The notes beneath the pieces are model-generated. The model was not told where the DNA came from. It made no database searches and saw only the letters and a program-made list of their open reading frames with translations. Positions 61,839 to 64,000 of a stretch of DNA of 64,000 bases are shown piece by piece. A program made the translations under genes and the position numbers. The stretch comes from Chloroflexota bacterium (GTDB taxonomy: Bacteria > Chloroflexota > Anaerolineae > UBA4142): contig JBBITT010000001.1 of NCBI GenBank assembly GCA_037440625.1, forward strand, positions 133,913 through 197,912. The letters are read 5' to 3'. Position 1 is the stretch's first letter; each line of letters opens with the position of its first letter.

Positions 61839-62702
61839 ATGCCCAACATCAAAATTGTTACCGATTCCTCGTGTGATTTGCCACACGATTACTTTGCGAC
61901 GTACGACATTGGGGTGGTGCCCATCAACATTCGTTTTGGCGACCGCGATTATTTGGAGGGCGAAACGATCCACGCCGCCGAGTTTTATCGGCTGATTGAA
62001 GCGAACGGCGTGTTGCCCAAAACCTCGCAACCTTCGGTCGGTCAATTTGTGGAGCGCTATTTGGAATGGGCGCGTCAAGGATTTGATACGATTCTTTCGA
62101 TTCACGTTGCCAGTACGCTCAGCGGCACACTCAATTCCGCGCGCCTCGCCGCGCTGCAGGTTGCCGACAAGATCAAAGTGATCCCGTTCGATACTCTGTC
62201 CGGTTCGGCGGCGATGGGCTTTATGTGCGTGGAAGCAGCCCAATTGGCGCGGTTGGGCAAAAGTGTGGAAGAGATTGTGGCGCGATTGGATGAGGCACGT
62301 CGTGGGGTGCGCATCGTGCTAACCTTATCCACGCTCAAGTATGCGGCGATGAGCGGACGTATCAGTAATATTCAAGCGTTGTTGGCTTCGCTCTTGAATA
62401 TCAAGCCGATTGTGTTGTTGCACGAAGGGAAACTTTCGGCGGATGAACGCGTGCGTTCGCGTGCCGCCGCGTTGGATCGTTTGATGGAGTTGACGCGCGA
62501 GGCGGCGGGACACGCTGCCGTGAATCTTGCGGTGATTCATAGTCAAGTTCAGAACGAAGCGGAAGAATTGTTGACCCGCGCTAAATCATCGCTCAATGTC
62601 GTGGATGCGTTTGTGGGGGATATGACCATGTCGCTCGCGGTTCATTTTGGACCCGGCGTGATCGGGACGGTGGTGTATCGGCGCGCACAGCCGCGCGAAT
62701 AA
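61839..62702 (+). CDS. DegV family fatty-acid-binding protein (copy 3)
   Basis: Start moved to MPNIKIVTDSSCDLP. TSQPSVG, HVASTLSGT and VHFGPGV. Confidence 0.85.
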   Translation: MPNIKIVTDSSCDLPHDYFATYDIGVVPINIRFGDRDYLEGETIHAAEFYRLIEANGVLPKTSQPSVGQFVERYLEWARQGFDTILSIHVASTLSGTLNSARLAALQVADKIKVIPFDTLSGSAAMGFMCVEAAQLARLGKSVEEIVARLDEARRGVRIVLTLSTLKYAAMSGRISNIQALLASLLNIKPIVLLHEGKLSADERVRSRAAALDRLMELTREAAGHAAVNLAVIHSQVQNEAEELLTRAKSSLNVVDAFVGDMTMSLAVHFGPGVIGTVVYRRAQPRE

Positions 62703-62743
62703 GATGGTTGGCCGAGCCATCCGATTTCTTGGAGGAGGGGGCG

Positions 62744-63592
62744 ATGCACAGGATCAAAGTTCTAACCGATTCAACTTGCGATTTGCCGGCAGATTATTTC
62801 ACCAAGTACGATATTGGTGTGGTGCCCATCAACATCCAATTTGGCAACGAAAGTTTTCAAGAAGGGGTCACGATTGATCAGACCACGTTTTACAAAAAAG
62901 TGGATGCCTTGGGCATTGTTCCGCAAACCTCGCAGCCTTCGGTAGGACAGTTTGCTCAAGTGTATCGGCGTTATGCCCAGCAGGGGTATGACACCATCAT
63001 CTCGCTACACGTCACCGGCAAACTGAGCGGCACCATGAACTCGGCGATGCTGGCGGCGCAAGAAGTGGAAAAAGAAATCCGCGTGGTGCCGTACGATAGT
63101 CTGGCTGGCTCAGCGGCGCTTGGGTATATGTGCGTGGATGCTTCGCAAATGGCGCGCGCCGGCAAAACCGTGGAAGAGATCGTTGCAACCTTGGATCGCA
63201 AACGTCCGCACGTTCGAATTTTCTTGACGCTGGCGACCACCAAATATGCGCAGATGAGCGGGCGGATCAGTCATTTGCAAGGGTTTATCGCCACGTTGTT
63301 GAATGTCAAGCCATTGATTTCACTACAGGACGGAATGTTGTTGCCTAGCGGGCGCGTGCGTTCGCGTCAATCGGCGTTGGCACAATTGCTCGAGTTGACG
63401 AAAGAAGCGGCGGGTGATCAACTCGTTCGCTTGGCGGTCATTCATGGGGAAGCCCGTGCCGAAGCGGAAGCGTTGCTGGAACAAGGCAAACGCGTTTTGC
63501 ATTGCACCGATGCGTTCATTGACGATATAGCCATTTCGCTGGCGGTGCATTTTGGACCTGGGGTGATTGGAACGGTGATCTATCCCGATTGA
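62744..63592 (+). CDS. DegV family fatty-acid-binding protein (copy 4)
   Basis: Start moved to MHRIKVLTDSTCDLP. TSQPSVG, HVTGKLSGT and VHFGPGV. Close paralog of copy 3. Confidence 0.85.
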   Translation: MHRIKVLTDSTCDLPADYFTKYDIGVVPINIQFGNESFQEGVTIDQTTFYKKVDALGIVPQTSQPSVGQFAQVYRRYAQQGYDTIISLHVTGKLSGTMNSAMLAAQEVEKEIRVVPYDSLAGSAALGYMCVDASQMARAGKTVEEIVATLDRKRPHVRIFLTLATTKYAQMSGRISHLQGFIATLLNVKPLISLQDGMLLPSGRVRSRQSALAQLLELTKEAAGDQLVRLAVIHGEARAEAEALLEQGKRVLHCTDAFIDDIAISLAVHFGPGVIGTVIYPD

Positions 63593-63604
63593 TAAGACAC
63601 AAGG

Positions 63605-63901
63605 ATGGCAATGAACGAATTCAAACCACCGGACATTCCACTCGATGCTGTCGAAGGCAATGTGCAACGCACGCTGAAACAGATTGATGCACCCCCAGCA
63701 TTTCGTTCGCATTTGCGTCAAGGATTGATGCTGGCGGCACAACATCGTCAAGCCCAGCGTGTGCCAATAAATCATCCCGCGTCCCGCAATGCTTCATCGT
63801 GGCGATGGGTGTGGGGGGCGATTGTGTTGGGCGCGCTGATCGGGTTTGTGGTCATTCAATTGTATCAACGTCAATCACAAGGGCAGCGTTTTTCAGAATA
63901 G
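63605..63901 (+). CDS. Small single-pass membrane protein (possible anti-sigma factor)
   Basis: 98 aa with a soluble N-part and one C-terminal TM helix WVWGAIVLGALIGFVVIQL. Last gene of the sigma-DegV-DegV string. AAGGA RBS. Confidence 0.45.
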   Translation: MAMNEFKPPDIPLDAVEGNVQRTLKQIDAPPAFRSHLRQGLMLAAQHRQAQRVPINHPASRNASSWRWVWGAIVLGALIGFVVIQLYQRQSQGQRFSE

Positions 63902-64000
63902 GCCTCGAGTCTGTTTGATACATTTCCATCCCAGTACGATTGTCCTATTGTCGTTGCTTTTAGAATCGTGTATATACAAATCAAGGAGGCGAACTATGTA

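Overview
64-kb window from a moderately GC-rich bacterium. Gene content (PT-rich lipoprotein linkers, a mevalonate-pathway decarboxylase, yaaT-holB, many DegV paralogs) suggests Chloroflexota/Anaerolineae, but this is inference only. I support about 64 protein genes and saw no rRNA, tRNA, CRISPR array, transposase or integrase. The window has three parts. (1) 1-8.7 kb: a Cox-type FAD/[2Fe-2S] fusion, small membrane proteins, xseB, a Tat-lipoprotein DUF362 with a NapH-like polyferredoxin, and an orphan Cache/HAMP histidine kinase. (2) 7.6-26.6 kb: about 22 consecutive minus-strand genes forming an accessory signalling/redox island. It contains four full-length paralogs of a kinase-less, sensor-like polytopic membrane protein. 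These are interleaved with three different flavoenzymes, a stand-alone cNMP-binding protein, a SAM methyltransferase, SRPBCC proteins, a GAF-PP2C-kinase with two STAS proteins, and a cytochrome c/membrane-protein operon. A divergent SARP-AAA-TPR regulator lies at 26.8-29.7 kb. A conserved triple-heptamer direct repeat (CGTTCNG-N4-CGTTACG-N5-CGTTACG) sits in front of both the PP2C operon and the operon divergent from the SARP gene. (3) 29.7-64 kb is mostly housekeeping: PBP2, holB, GDP-rhamnose genes, glmM, phosphohexomutase, polyprenyl synthase, glycosyltransferases, ftsK, ilvE, cinA, proline dehydrogenase and rsmI. Embedded in it are an MNT/HEPN pair inside the gmd-glmM operon and a PrsW / DegV / ECF-sigma / DegV / DegV / small-TM-protein cluster. 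Several start codons were moved from the ORF-track maximum to in-frame ATGs that have a Shine-Dalgarno sequence. All function calls come from motif recognition by eye; no database search was run.
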